NCBI GenBank assembly: GCA_034440535.1
Contig: JAWXCD010000003.1
Location: 2,717-66,716 of the forward strand
Length of the DNA: 64,000 bases
Direction of reading: 5' to 3'
Origin: Verrucomicrobiota bacterium
Lineage (GTDB): Bacteria; Verrucomicrobiota; Verrucomicrobiia; JAWXBN01; JAWXCD01
A model generated the notes under the pieces. It was not told where the DNA came from. It was given only the letters and a program-made list of their open reading frames with translations, and did no database searches. The position numbers and the translations under genes are program-made. Shown piece after piece: positions 45,201-49,067 of this stretch. Every line of letters starts with the position of its first letter. Position 1 is the stretch's first letter.

Positions 45201-47058
45201 CATACATAGTGGCTCCATTGGTCAGAATAAAAGTATTCCATGAACTACCTTGGCCCACTCGGAAATTCGAAGTGTTAGTGATGTTTACACCACTCCCCTG
45301 GGCCAGAACGAAGTTATTGCTGGAACCGATGGAGAAACCCACATTAAATTCGCCAACAATGTTCAGGCTCGATCCATTCGTGACTACCATTCGATTGTTT
45401 GCCCCATTCGCACCGAAAATAAAGGTACCATTAGCCCTCCAACTCGCTCCATCCAAAATCAATACGTTGTTGCTCCCAGTCACTTGGTCCCCAACCCAAA
45501 CCCCTGCGCTAGCAATAGTAGCCGAGTTGGACACAGTCATGACATTCCTGCCGCCATTATAGCCCAGATAGAAGGTACTCCCATTGCTCCACATCGAACC
45601 GGCGCCCGCGACCAATACGGAGTTACTATTGGCCCCTGCCACGGCCCAGCCCACGCGAGCCACTCCAAGATTGATTAACTTTCCACCGTTGGTCACCACC
45701 AGTGTCTGACTCCCTGCGTTATCTCCTAAGTAAAAATCACTCCCGCCTCTAAATAACGATCCTGCATCCTTAATAACCAGAGTATTATTTGAGGCAGTTG
45801 ATTGTTGTCCTAAATAAATTGTACCCGCATTCGAAATCTGACCCCCGCTGGCCACGAGCGCGTAATTGAATGCACCCGCCTGCCCTATACGAATTTCACT
45901 CCCGCTATTGAGAAAACCATTATTCGTTACGAATAATTGATTGTAATTGGCACCCACACTATTACCGAGATAAACGAAGTAGCCTGCTCCGGCATTGTAC
46001 ATGGAAGCTCCACTGCCGCTGATCATAAGCAGGTTACTGGATGACCCCGCCGCCTGCCCAACGTACACATGGCCATTGGTCATCTTCCCGCCATCCATGA
46101 TGTAAAGTGAGTTGTTACTGCTGTTGTTGCCGACGTAAATCCAGTCGCTTAGTCCGGCATCAAACACACCATTGTTGGAAACAATGACTGTATTCCCATT
46201 TGCCGCCGTGGCCTCACCAATCCGGAGACCATGAGTTCCCGACCATTTAGCCCCGGTTCCGGAAACAATAAATGTGTTGTTACTTGCTCCGCTGGCTTGA
46301 CCAACTTGGATGTAGGCACCACTCATTGTGCCAGTGGACGTCCCCATCAACCTCATGGTTGCATTCGTGCCATCCAGGTAGAGCTGATTGCCCGCGTTCA
46401 GTGTAAAATTTGCATTTGTAAAAACCAAATTCGCTCCGTTACGCACATACGTCGTAGCCAACCCGCTCGCATTGCCGCGCATTGTAAATGTTCCAGGTCC
46501 ACCGACGGTCCACGTGTTCCCACCTCCTGTCAATGTACCTAGAAAGGTCATTCCACCACCCGCATCAAACCAAGTGTTTGCCCCACCAAAGGTGAGATTA
46601 TTATTAAATGTCTGGAGATTGGTTGTGCTTAAATTGGTAAGGCCGGTGTTAATGGTCAAAGCGTTGTTGGTAAAAGTAAACGTTCCGGCACTGTTACTAA
46701 AAGTCAGCGTGCTCACGGTTTTCCCTGCTTCAAGATTGATGGTTGTTCGTGTCGTGCCATCAATTCCAACCGCAGATCCCGAAGTTGGAACCACATCAGT
46801 ACTCCAGTTGGTCGCGGTGCCCCATTGATTATCTGCTCCACCCCCGTCCCAAGTCTGCGCTAAAGTTGGATTAATAAATGCAGAAACAATAACGAAACAA
46901 ATTAACGATCTTATTGTTACAGCTAAGTGACGCTCAGCAAAAGCATTGGACAAAAGTACACCTGACGTGCGCACGGCACCCCGTAAACAAGACTGAAAGT
47001 GTTGATGATTAAGAGACAATACGTTGTGTTCCAATTCTAATTGTCTGAAGAGAAACAA
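24262..47058 (-). CDS. giant (~7,560-7,598 aa) PEP-CTERM-anchored cell-surface beta-helical repeat protein (adhesin-like), with autotransporter-associated beta-strand-type repeats and a lamin-tail-like domain
   Basis: A single uninterrupted 22.8-kb ORF. A TTG at 47058 follows a stop directly; a likelier start is GTG ~46974, preceded by GGGGTG, giving a long signal peptide ...SLICFVIVSAFINPTLAQ. There are seven head modules (W[DNS]GG...NWS...NW...P.N.G.A) at aa 69, 1446, 2375, 3247, 4773, 6143 and 6814. There are dozens of G/N/S/T-rich ~20-25-aa coils with [LIV]VSNGG motifs, and canonical TKVGAGT..L.G.NTY.G.T.ISNGTL repeats. Six tail modules read H.GGTL...VGDGSQTAALG..GGTHTF...INTNATLYG...VTNRG. 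The C-terminus is ...ETPEPEEWMVIILTLIVLAFYGRKPALAWMKSRTRKTT. Confidence 0.85.
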   Translation of the reverse strand: MFLFRQLELEHNVLSLNHQHFQSCLRGAVRTSGVLLSNAFAERHLAVTIRSLICFVIVSAFINPTLAQTWDGGGADNQWGTATNWSTDVVPTSGSAVGIDGTTRTTINLEAGKTVSTLTFSNSAGTFTFTNNALTINTGLTNLSTTNLQTFNNNLTFGGANTWFDAGGGMTFLGTLTGGGNTWTVGGPGTFTMRGNASGLATTYVRNGANLVFTNANFTLNAGNQLYLDGTNATMRLMGTSTGTMSGAYIQVGQASGASNNTFIVSGTGAKWSGTHGLRIGEATAANGNTVIVSNNGVFDAGLSDWIYVGNNSSNNSLYIMDGGKMTNGHVYVGQAAGSSSNLLMISGSGASMYNAGAGYFVYLGNSVGANYNQLFVTNNGFLNSGSEIRIGQAGAFNYALVASGGQISNAGTIYLGQQSTASNNTLVIKDAGSLFRGGSDFYLGDNAGSQTLVVTNGGKLINLGVARVGWAVAGANSNSVLVAGAGSMWSNGSTFYLGYNGGRNVMTVSNSATIASAGVWVGDQVTGSNNVLILDGASWRANGTFIFGANGANNRMVVTNGSSLNIVGEFNVGFSIGSSNNFVLAQGSGVNITNTSNFRVGQGSSWNTFILTNGATMYAGGVLNVGENGNSNYMLIADSGTRFSHTSALNIGQSGSSTNILIVSNGAVVTSLAAGQTHYLGRSSSNNQFIITGTGSSWDAGLNSSFVIAQENAAGNGLNRFIVSNNALATIGAQLHVGNGGFSNQALVMDGGVVNVGGTLYISGNNSGNSNSLLVSGSGAQVNVGTEIRIGEGGSAQRGSLIVSNGGVVTNRNNIYLGISPAGGSGDNTILVTGDGSKLINNSINQSGVGIRIGWDTTNNRLIVTNGGLVYTPYMRLGENGEGNNNVTNAGGILLVTNTSGTATFDVGVVGQGGGMFVQSGGTSVIDYLNAPRTDANSSVYLNYGLLTTRTAVLNYGSGSTTLEIGATAAQQAIWVVNGGIHTITPGAATHIGSVAGSTGIVNVVGEFGSFSNVNDLYVGEDGLGRMFVTNGGRAAANNARIGSAVSGSNSLVSLSGSTAYWTNRGTLTVGEAGGGSQLLVSNGAQVMSLAGTIGNAAGGSNSSVVLDGNNSAWYVGGNFLMGNNASAQNNRLTVSSGASLTNTGTTIIGQTTSSNNIALITGAGSRWNMVGAFTLGNSTVSNQMVISNGANVNSFSSTASAIGAGTGSTNKVIVTGAGSTWSNAGALNINVNGGNQLTINSNATVYANGLNVSANNSVTHNGGTLVINGGVAGTITPAYTVGDGSQASAIGINGANAQTFSGGLLVNTNATLYGNGTIIGAVTNRGSYLSIGTNGGAGVGAMVMSSLFLANNATSLFSFNGTGAGNFDSNRITSATAGSLGVDGTLNLQFDFDPNLIDAFTVFAGSSTVAGTFANVNWLGAALSGSVLYSGNNVIVSNVSLANYVWDGGHGSSDYWSSNANWISDIPPINDGRAKVTFQGSTRLTPFTDTNWDVRAIVFSNNASAFTLWGSNITIRAGGITQADDTVQTISNNLNLVSDQTWNVSGAGGLSVWGGLSGTGKVTQSAGNVALRGSGAVGGGWLINGGNLFITNGNTVAFTNAAGNADFVPQSSSFYISNGNILADRVFVTNGGSSRLFLDYGTFETKSHFTMNGYEFYVGNTLNRDMTWTISGGNSNLIDSNDRTYLGNVSGGTGSGVLNVTGNTTLVTNRAHLSVGHNSRGVLAISNGADFVTIYPGGSQTDIGFNIAASNSMLVVDGAGSTYSTESYFRIGQSGGASNRVIVSNGGRVSVLGGDTRLGEHAASSNNYMEISGANSLWNNSNLEFYWGIGGAGGQRMVVSNGGQFINASTIHIAQGGSTGGTNSLIISGSGSLVSNSASLQIGETANSASNYVQVDNGALYWNNSEVNVGYGSPSYNNSLVVSNGGTLRTGTMRVGYQGASTNNRAFVLAGGKITNFQGSVNMGEGANSLSNIIMVSGTGSVWYGAGDISVGYGNPSHNNLLIVSNAGFMRANGQIRAGFQGASTNNKILVMDGGRLISDASGITIGEGAGSFNNELVVGGANSYLYTPGELYVGFGNPSYNNRLVVSNNATIQTGSKLTLGYQGSSYSNQFILASGGKYTNVSGSALHIGESGSAYSNIVTVQDSGSVLYHKGAVNVGAGGSQNQLNINSNGLVILDNTYTMTVNAASRINHSGGTLETRNGYNITYNPTTVYTIGDGSQTAALGLGGGTHTFSAGNLIINTNATLYGTATINGHVTNRGVLSSGGSAGAGIGTMTFNNNLINQASSTSVFKFLSSSLFDSNYVGGTFLAAGVLNLDFSYVPAANDSFTIFQNTTGLGSFSQVNWLGQVTAGWSGFIGQNYVISNFSSLVTTVWDGGSGVNNDWSASANWVGDTTPANDGNAGVIFAANNTRPSPNVDVAWNVKSLTFSNLGSMGSYTLGGQTITLQGDSGVGIMQSNSAAQTINNNLILAADNIFNASQGNINFGGVVDARTRTLTITGLNTVALNNNGAIYLTNGGKILAGTTFQINGYGTNNAGAIRLLGGSGSVSGVVTMASASGLGADSGAVLYLSNAVAGNFQMTKVGAGTIVMLSSNTYNPASGIGTAVSNGTLVVSGSGRINHSGANVVISGTGSSLVVSNSARVTGNQLSVLNGNAVLLADGTLVFAGGGTLAGSGISDTGVLRNLSGTSVISGGTLTMSGGAIALGSDAGTLIVSNVVAGSSALTKVGAGTVILDGVNTYGPGAGTGTSISNGTLLVRGGGRINHTGANIVFDTTNGTLSVTNGGRVTVAAVSVGTLANAQSNTLQVAGSSSEMNVSSLAIGNGNAANFNQTIVSNNGVLFVTNSTTLGNAASGTNNALYVMDGGKLTNSTGSLTIGATSASVSNIAVISGAGALARVGGSVVVGNAANAINNSLFVSNSGLLSVVGDINVGNGSSANNLFIGSGGTVTSAGAVYIGGNGVGNTGIVQGSGSILRSATLIVGNSAGSTDNRIHLTNGGMISVSGNSTIGNNATANNNLMVVSDSNTLFTNAGTLTIGGAGSGNRMVVSNGAVVRSSTIAVNSGNTIQHDGGTIQIGSAGMTYNAGSLYTAGNGVQTAALVVTNGGTHTFGNNLLINTNATLNASGATFSGIVTNRGTLSNNGSGVGTASFNNGLFFGGSSTSVLNFASAGSFDSNFVSGVFTAGGILNLDFGYGAALTDSFIVFQNTTGSGSFSTINWSGYVDGGFAGYVGQNFVVSNLSLAASVWSGYSGSDNNWSTATNWLNNLAPVNNGAARIVIASTNLRTSPNVDVPWSIATLTFSNLASMGSYTMNGSALTINGYNGTGIVQNSSSAQFFNNNVVVGQNQNWYANSGHLVFNGQLRVPFDLNLYGANNYYFTNGSSALVMDGGKIGPGSSTIYIMGSGAGNSGVVKNINGTYPAALEGNVAMLGNSSLGSDVGVLYIQGGISGNFILSKVGPGTVGLQGANTYAPASGFGTVISNGTLAVTGSLARINHAAADIALVGTGATFGVYDGAKVTNNALYLGYNNVANSNTTVIVNDNGSVLHVGGAFNLGDTANGNSLAISNGGRVNAYRNGSYLSMGAAASSSNNTLTIHGSSSLLTMTNSGLYVGDVSSFNTMNILAGGTYSNTSAAEGLRIGNVAGSRSNTVTVSGAGSTLRQSAFGINVGYDGSFNQMIISNGGYVTNVGASYIGRIAGSSNNSVIVTGTNSTWVNNGALDVGSAGAQSSLTVTNGGYVSNSGVLTVGNASSSSNNTVTINSGGIVRVGGAMTFGNAAGSSNNTMTLSDTGSLLAISGSSLSFASGISNRIVVSNGAGLVIGSLAVGGDLNFNGNGGNTFIMTGAGTYGLFGNGVWAQSSTNYFELSAGAKMTNLNASRMGFTGNSNYFLVTGAGTVWTNAGGNTMAYGAVTGNTFIVSNSAQYLSPNDMSLAGVVGGGGQVSNKLLILDGGQMIVGASALGDEGSLNTVVVAGTGSILDQVSVRMGYRAGANDNRFFVTNGGTWRINNGSTLGASGSRNILTVSDPGSAFIITNGFIVQWESGGGVGSGNGMVATNGGLIKVGGDLNIGYQGTTGAAFLTNAGGLLVVTNWTGVANNFYVGWSGKGDFYNVGGTSIVDNLWAANTTVGDSRVFLNSGILTTKTSTINYGNNGSLEIGRTSGQTMNWYMNGGLNTFSGSGDVVFGPASSGGKANVMVEGSATTWTNYRNFYFRTDNNLLVVSNNATVGGGVMYIGDNVVANSNTVLVVAGGRLQTTDARISYQGSNNTFVVAGANSYWTNSGGINLAYFDQAFNSLWVTNGGRVDNTTGMFLGGGGGTATSNKLIISSGGYMRASDTRIGYGGRGNIMVVEGAGSIYSNANGNMSIAYGAGTNNYIFVTNNGVLTGVNAFAIGSGNGTEYSNMLTIASGGKMYTADLRLSYGGFYNTTVIDGAGSYFTNTGNGGLNYGFGDYNTLTISNGGTFGNGGIFNVGDQGKSNLMVVNGSGSSATIGNALNIGNSGGGNGNGLVISNGGVVNVMGGNTMVGNNGQNNWVLLQNSGSILSNVNTLVIGNGTTGNWLSVSSEAKATANAITVAANNSITQSGGTVEARAGAFTYNSTIQYVAGDGSQTAVLGAGGNTTHTFNGGILVNTNTTFYGQGTISGTTPIVTNRGTLTMGTNLGGSGYGTFTFNSNLVNTASSTNLFSFGGTTAGNFDSNRVNGTLFAGGALQLFFDNDNFLSSDTWTIYTAGAANVNGTFFTNLWLGGAENGTVLYNQSGGNNVIISNVTASSYVWNGAGANANWSNSANWSRGVAPLNDGRARVVFASNNVSTAPFVNTNWDVRGITFSNAPLTVQSYTILGSNITVRQAGVFNATASNQTILNNMTLAANQSWTTTNGGNLLLGGTIDSGSIASNYQWTLNAGTGKQIRFTNTVSGGAAVSNIGAGNLIFDGQNANTIGGLHLAAGVVQITNNGTLNITNGGNSVFNVFGVAFAHSNNVNIRADHLFVTNGNQYMMSNGTLTTLGDSRITVDNGGGLLIGRVAGQNFTWNVLGGSNYVGTAGGGVTLGAITNSSGTLLVSGAGTFFTNAGVLNVGLYGTNSRLLVSNGGTLNVSGDIRMGENASANGNTLMITGGNSVVNVGAALRMGFTGASQSNVLHVLDGGTLSTVSGIIIDYASNSTILVSGNGTSVSNTSGDINIGYRASALNNSLVVSSNAIINTASSLYIGYDGASNSLSVTSGGRITNTAGVVGVNSRGNSATITGAGSGWKLYNSDFYIGQNAGASNNLLVVSNGANMSLFGGINGTFYVGSGDQSNRMIVAGGAYVTNQTHVVIGNNASSSNNSVLVTGSGTRWDSGNELLIGQVAGAINNQLVVSNGAVMTFAGNYNVVGNGGNNSSVIVSGSGSKLIMNNSIDRGFQIGNAGNSHYVILTNGGLVVANDLRIGSSGAAGSGGSLTNAGGMLVVTSLNYAANNRLYIGAAGSPGSFVSMGGTSVVDNIDASVASANSTIMLNYGVLTNKLSTIAYGANGSLEIGRTAGQTMTMYVNGGLNTWYVGDTRVGAATGARGSVILDGVATVLTNKNYFYLGYNSTGNVMQVINGARMTNGNYLFIGTEAGASDNYLLVSNGGSILTPTMLMGAVASASNNLAIVTGAGSIISNSIFGKSWIGHSGGNNTLIVSNGGLYAMHSGGDLFVGDNAASSNKMIVDGAGSVVKASSLVIGWTGSSNKALVSNGASVLLNSHIYVGFSGAGSNLLEVSGGSYLSNGGGAFIGGSEDGPYSGGTGNMALVTGSGTRWDLGSVIKVGGNIRALNNSLVLSSNAIINGSQLVVGDGGVFRANGNSVLINSGAIANFTNNPLFQTVAGWAGESNTITVEGAGSILRSAEIFVGAGAWANYNSLIVSNGATVTASGVNNYVGVSGTNNSIVVNGGTFSASGILNLGTSGGTGNVLRIDNAGSVALNQLSAAILNNSVQHYGGTLVISNGGTTYNPGLYTVGDGSQSATLGLIGGTHTFASNLVINNGATLYGANATFNGSVTNRGLLTPGMDSTTNASSVGRLTFNNSYINTASSTQSFNFLGQAPGFFDSNYVAGTYVAAGVLNLRFDYDMTPNDWFVIVNNNAQWTGASNNWSAINWYGNYIVGGTITNIGGNVVITNMVSSWSVWDGNNGVGNNNWSNSLNWVDDRAPINSGQARILFSDNSSKTTPFVNTNWSVSMLAYSNLAGMSSHTLSGSNITLTGFASNSGIISTGIWQNASVAQTINNDMTVASSTQSWYATGGNLNLGGATYIGSNILNLQGANGYVVNTGGSFGLSNGTLNVAAGSFTVNGAGSNNTGAIRAVSGLNNTVTGAVTLGSASAFGADSGANLTLSNSTVSGAFALTKVGAGSMTVLGTNSNSGTILSNGTLIVTGSGLINHLTSDFVSSRTNTLLTVTNGGDVLNRMGIIGLGSGNNSNNAIVTGAGSLWSNAQSLVVGASGATNRLIVENGGVVAVNASAAGSQGIYIGSNSTMNSVLVSNGGTLYSTAADGALYLGRASGANSNSLVLTGASSTLSNISLMYVGFAGSSNNAQVLGGAILAVSNTIIGEATLANSNSLLVSGTGSRLTNYGTITVGQGTGGLATGNTLVLNTGATVYSSNIVVKANNSISHQDGTLIIGGGGMNYTGSTFTVGSGTQNARLYVDTTAAHTFTGGLLVNTNASIYAAGATIAGNVTNRGNMNLGTSSGADVGTLTINGNMILGATSTNFFNFNSAASFDNVAVNGTFFGGGVLDFTFNYSPLATAGFRLFDNTTWAGSSNDFSGFVFQGANVFGGQILNIANDVWLTNLVFSQAPYIWDGNNGTGNSNWSTGVNWVFDAAPVNDGTASIIIAANSTKTNSIIDTPYSISQMTFSNLAGMSTHAIGGSNLTIMGTNGVGIYQNSSVAQFISNRVTVGASQTWDAAGSTLVLAGTVNVSNKQLTLTGAGGVTFTNGSQVVLSNGGTLNLQSVNARFSDGLNVQSNGLLIGTSSTIFGHLTNAGTVSAGTTTNTGTLTVGSGFNYVSLAGSTNYFNIGATTNVRDVISSAGSSGNLVFGGALYLNTTPTTDTNTYRLINGFDVTKQTGMFGNVTNLGGANLQVIAADGSYWAVTTNQVSGSVNLQVQVTDSPVLDSASTFKGTLGHSEVFIVTNVGSGQGYTAVLTNALYSTVSVLNGRLKTDNVAANVLADGGTIANVNTINNLTSTGTGTNGTGLNDVREGGRFYSAQGAASAAMALSVNQGFVENVTGAVVTNDMRKQVQPGTGIGSGTASANRGSVYFNEFMVNAGANAVDKNHEWLELKLGTNLAHSQTLGSGGGLDLSGYKVRAYDQNGYLAANFSISGAGNLGGTNNEFLVMGMVGAPSDSFTFGADEHNGGVQGGRPFRPSVTYTTQTGSSWTQSGDPYTNLVSGQGGTLIVANADSGYLTDSYFNNWTDAYGFMGNPDSNADYMVLYDNLGAVVDVFTYNNDGANYDLTMIGGTSQFALDFGGGAGWQANFQNFWDPSSGVVNLQYSALNTGLGADLSGNLVATRVGYNNSTSDYITGIANNSLGNTGYAYATPGYETPEPEEWMVIILTLIVLAFYGRKPALAWMKSRTRKTT
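24265..24387 (-). other. PEP-CTERM sorting domain (exosortase recognition tail) of the giant protein
   Basis: PEP tripeptide, then a ~13-aa hydrophobic helix (WMVIILTLIVLAF), then a basic cluster (GRKPALAWMKSRTRK) at the extreme C-terminus. Confidence 0.8.
24919..25247 (-). other. lamin-tail-domain (LTD)-like segment within the giant protein
   Basis: The pattern SVYFNEFMVNAG...KNHEWLELKLGTN...LSGYKV matches the LTD signature (INE...N..EWIEL.N....L.G). Confidence 0.5.
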
Positions 47059-47674
47059 TTAGAGTTGTTGCTGATAATTTGTTTTCGATCTCTTAAGGGT
47101 AGGTCACTCTATCCGTAAGGCAAGGTTTTTTTGAGATCATTTTGGCAAAGAGGGACTCCCCACTGCACAATTATTCATTTTTTATTGAGCATCTCTAAGA
47201 TTTATTCTTTTAAAACAAAATATAAATGATAAATCATACTTATATTTGTTAAATATTAACAAAAAAGCATTTTTACCAATTTTTGCATTTCAATTGCAAG
47301 ATGCTCCGCTCCATGAAAAATTAGGTGTTTAACCAGTCCAAAACACATTGATTGAGTTGGAATATTCTTAAGCCAAAGATAACCATTGGGAATGTCATAT
47401 CTTCATATTGTGTGCGTTACTAATTCTGAAATCAAATCCAAAAGTGCTTTCGTCGTACAGCCCAGTGTTGCACGGCTACGAGAAATCCTGGTTAAAAGTC
47501 ATCCGACAACCACAAATGCAATGAGCTTGCGTCCATGAACCCAAGGGTAGCTTCGGAACCATAGGATTTGGTGCGACCAACTTACCTACAAAACTTTGAT
47601 GCAACTCAGAATAGACTAAACTAACTTTAACGTTAAATTAAACATATAAATGATAAATTTAAGGTCTATTTAGA
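47059..47674 (-). promoter_or_regulatory. 616-bp AT-rich leader/promoter region of the giant gene, containing a 14-nt direct repeat and an inverted repeat
   Basis: tataaatgataaat occurs at 47221-47234 and again at 47645-47658. An inverted repeat ttgcatttcaattgcaa sits at 47291-47307. There is no ORF with a recognisable product. Confidence 0.35.
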
Positions 47675-48459
47675 TTAATGAGCTGCACTTGCAGCCGTTG
47701 GGGGAGGCACGGGTGCGACAAACTTAGGGGGGGTCGTTTTGGAATCGGCACCTGAACTTGCAGATACTGCTGGAGCAGCTTTCACTTTTGCCAATTCAGG
47801 TCCAGTAAAAACTGGATGCCCGGCATACGCCGTCCTGATGGAGGCAACTTGTTCAGTAGTAATGGGGTCTGCCTTATTTCCCCATTCACTCCGAATGTAC
47901 GTCAAAATAGAGGCAATCTGATCGTCCTTTAATGATCCACTCCAAGCAACCATGGCTCCGTTATAAGGCTCGCCCTTGACAGTGATTGGGCCTTCTAATC
48001 CATAAAGCACTAACGCAGCAAGTTGATTGGGATCGCCGAGAACGTATTCGGAACCCGCCAATGGAGGATATTGGGAAGGCACCCCTGCTCCAGAAGCTTG
48101 ATGGCAACTCACGCAATTAGCGGTAAAAAGCTTTTTGCCCTTTTTTGCAATTTCTTTTGGATCATTTGGATCCACCTTGGCATGCGCCGACCCGAGATCA
48201 TCCCTGCTAAACAAACGTTCGTCGAAGCGATTTCCTTTAAAACCCGCTGAGTACCATACCAAATAAAAGCCTCCCCAAAAAATGACGATGGCAAACAAAC
48301 CTACCAGCCAAAGAGGAACGGGCTCAGCGCCATCAGTTGGCTCCTGCTTTTCGCGCATGATAGATCCATGCACCTGACCCACATCAAATCGTTCATGTGA
48401 TTCAATATCTGAATAATCGACCGGTTTTTTATCATCCGGGCTAGGAAGTTGAGGATCAA
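47675..48459 (-). CDS. membrane-anchored mono-heme cytochrome c (cbb3 oxidase subunit III / CcoP-like) with Pro/Ala-rich C-terminal tail
   Basis: Single CXXCH (CVSCHQ). An N-terminal TM helix (LWLVGLFAIVIFWGGFYLVW) follows a DYSDIESHE segment resembling the CcoP N-terminal region. The GTG start at 48459 overlaps the ccoO stop (GTGA); the track start at 48571 would overlap ccoO by 116 nt. Confidence 0.6.
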
Positions 48460-49067
48460 TGCTCACTGGTCGGGGCCTCCGGCAAAGAATAATTCTGGTT
48501 AAGTGATAACAGGTAAGCCACGAGATCTTCAGCTTCTTTCGTTGGGACGATTTCGTAACCTGTTTTGACATCTTTAACTTTCAAAGCGTTAATAGATGAA
48601 GACCCGACAATCTTTCGTTCTTCGTACAGAAACCGAAATGAGGGCATGATGGAACTTTTGTTTCTCAACCTTGCATTATAAATCTGCACATGCAGCTCAC
48701 CAGTAATGGATTGATATTTTGTTCCAACATTACGCAGGTCAGGTCCGGTGCGCATGGTGCCCAAAAACACGGTGGTATCATCTTTATAATCTCTTGCCAC
48801 ACTGGCTCGCGCACCCCAACCACGGGCAATATCAGAGCCACCATGTTCAGGTCGCACTTGTTGCGTATGACAATAGACGCATCCTTGCGCCGCATACACA
48901 CGCGCTCCAGAACTCACTCCGGGCTTACCCACGGCAACCAAGGTCCCCGACTCATCTTCAATGGGTCCTAACTTTCCCAATTGAACATACGGAATCATGA
49001 CCAATCCTACCCACGAAAAGAGGAAAGTAGCTGTGATCCCTATTAAAAGGGTGGGAAGTTTATTCAT
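48456..49067 (-). CDS. ccoO: cbb3-type cytochrome c oxidase subunit II (mono-heme)
   Basis: N-terminal TM helix, CVYCHTQ heme motif and a RTGPDL motif. ATGA overlap with ccoN. Confidence 0.85.
   Translation of the reverse strand: MNKLPTLLIGITATFLFSWVGLVMIPYVQLGKLGPIEDESGTLVAVGKPGVSSGARVYAAQGCVYCHTQQVRPEHGGSDIARGWGARASVARDYKDDTTVFLGTMRTGPDLRNVGTKYQSITGELHVQIYNARLRNKSSIMPSFRFLYEERKIVGSSSINALKVKDVKTGYEIVPTKEAEDLVAYLLSLNQNYSLPEAPTSEH

Noticed and set aside
24262-47058. Dozens of plus-strand ORFs of 60-200 aa antisense to the giant gene (for example 38225-38833, 33314-33703, 42242-42691, 45167-45678, 37406-37789)
   Set aside because: They are Pro/Leu/Thr/Val-rich low-complexity translations with no domain signatures. 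They are the expected shadow frames of a Gly/Asn/Ser/Thr-rich repeat gene on the opposite strand.
48460-48571. 116-nt overlap of the CcoP-like gene with ccoO if the track start is used
   Set aside because: A GTG at 48459 gives a GTGA coupling like the other junctions of the operon. Long overlaps are otherwise absent in this operon.
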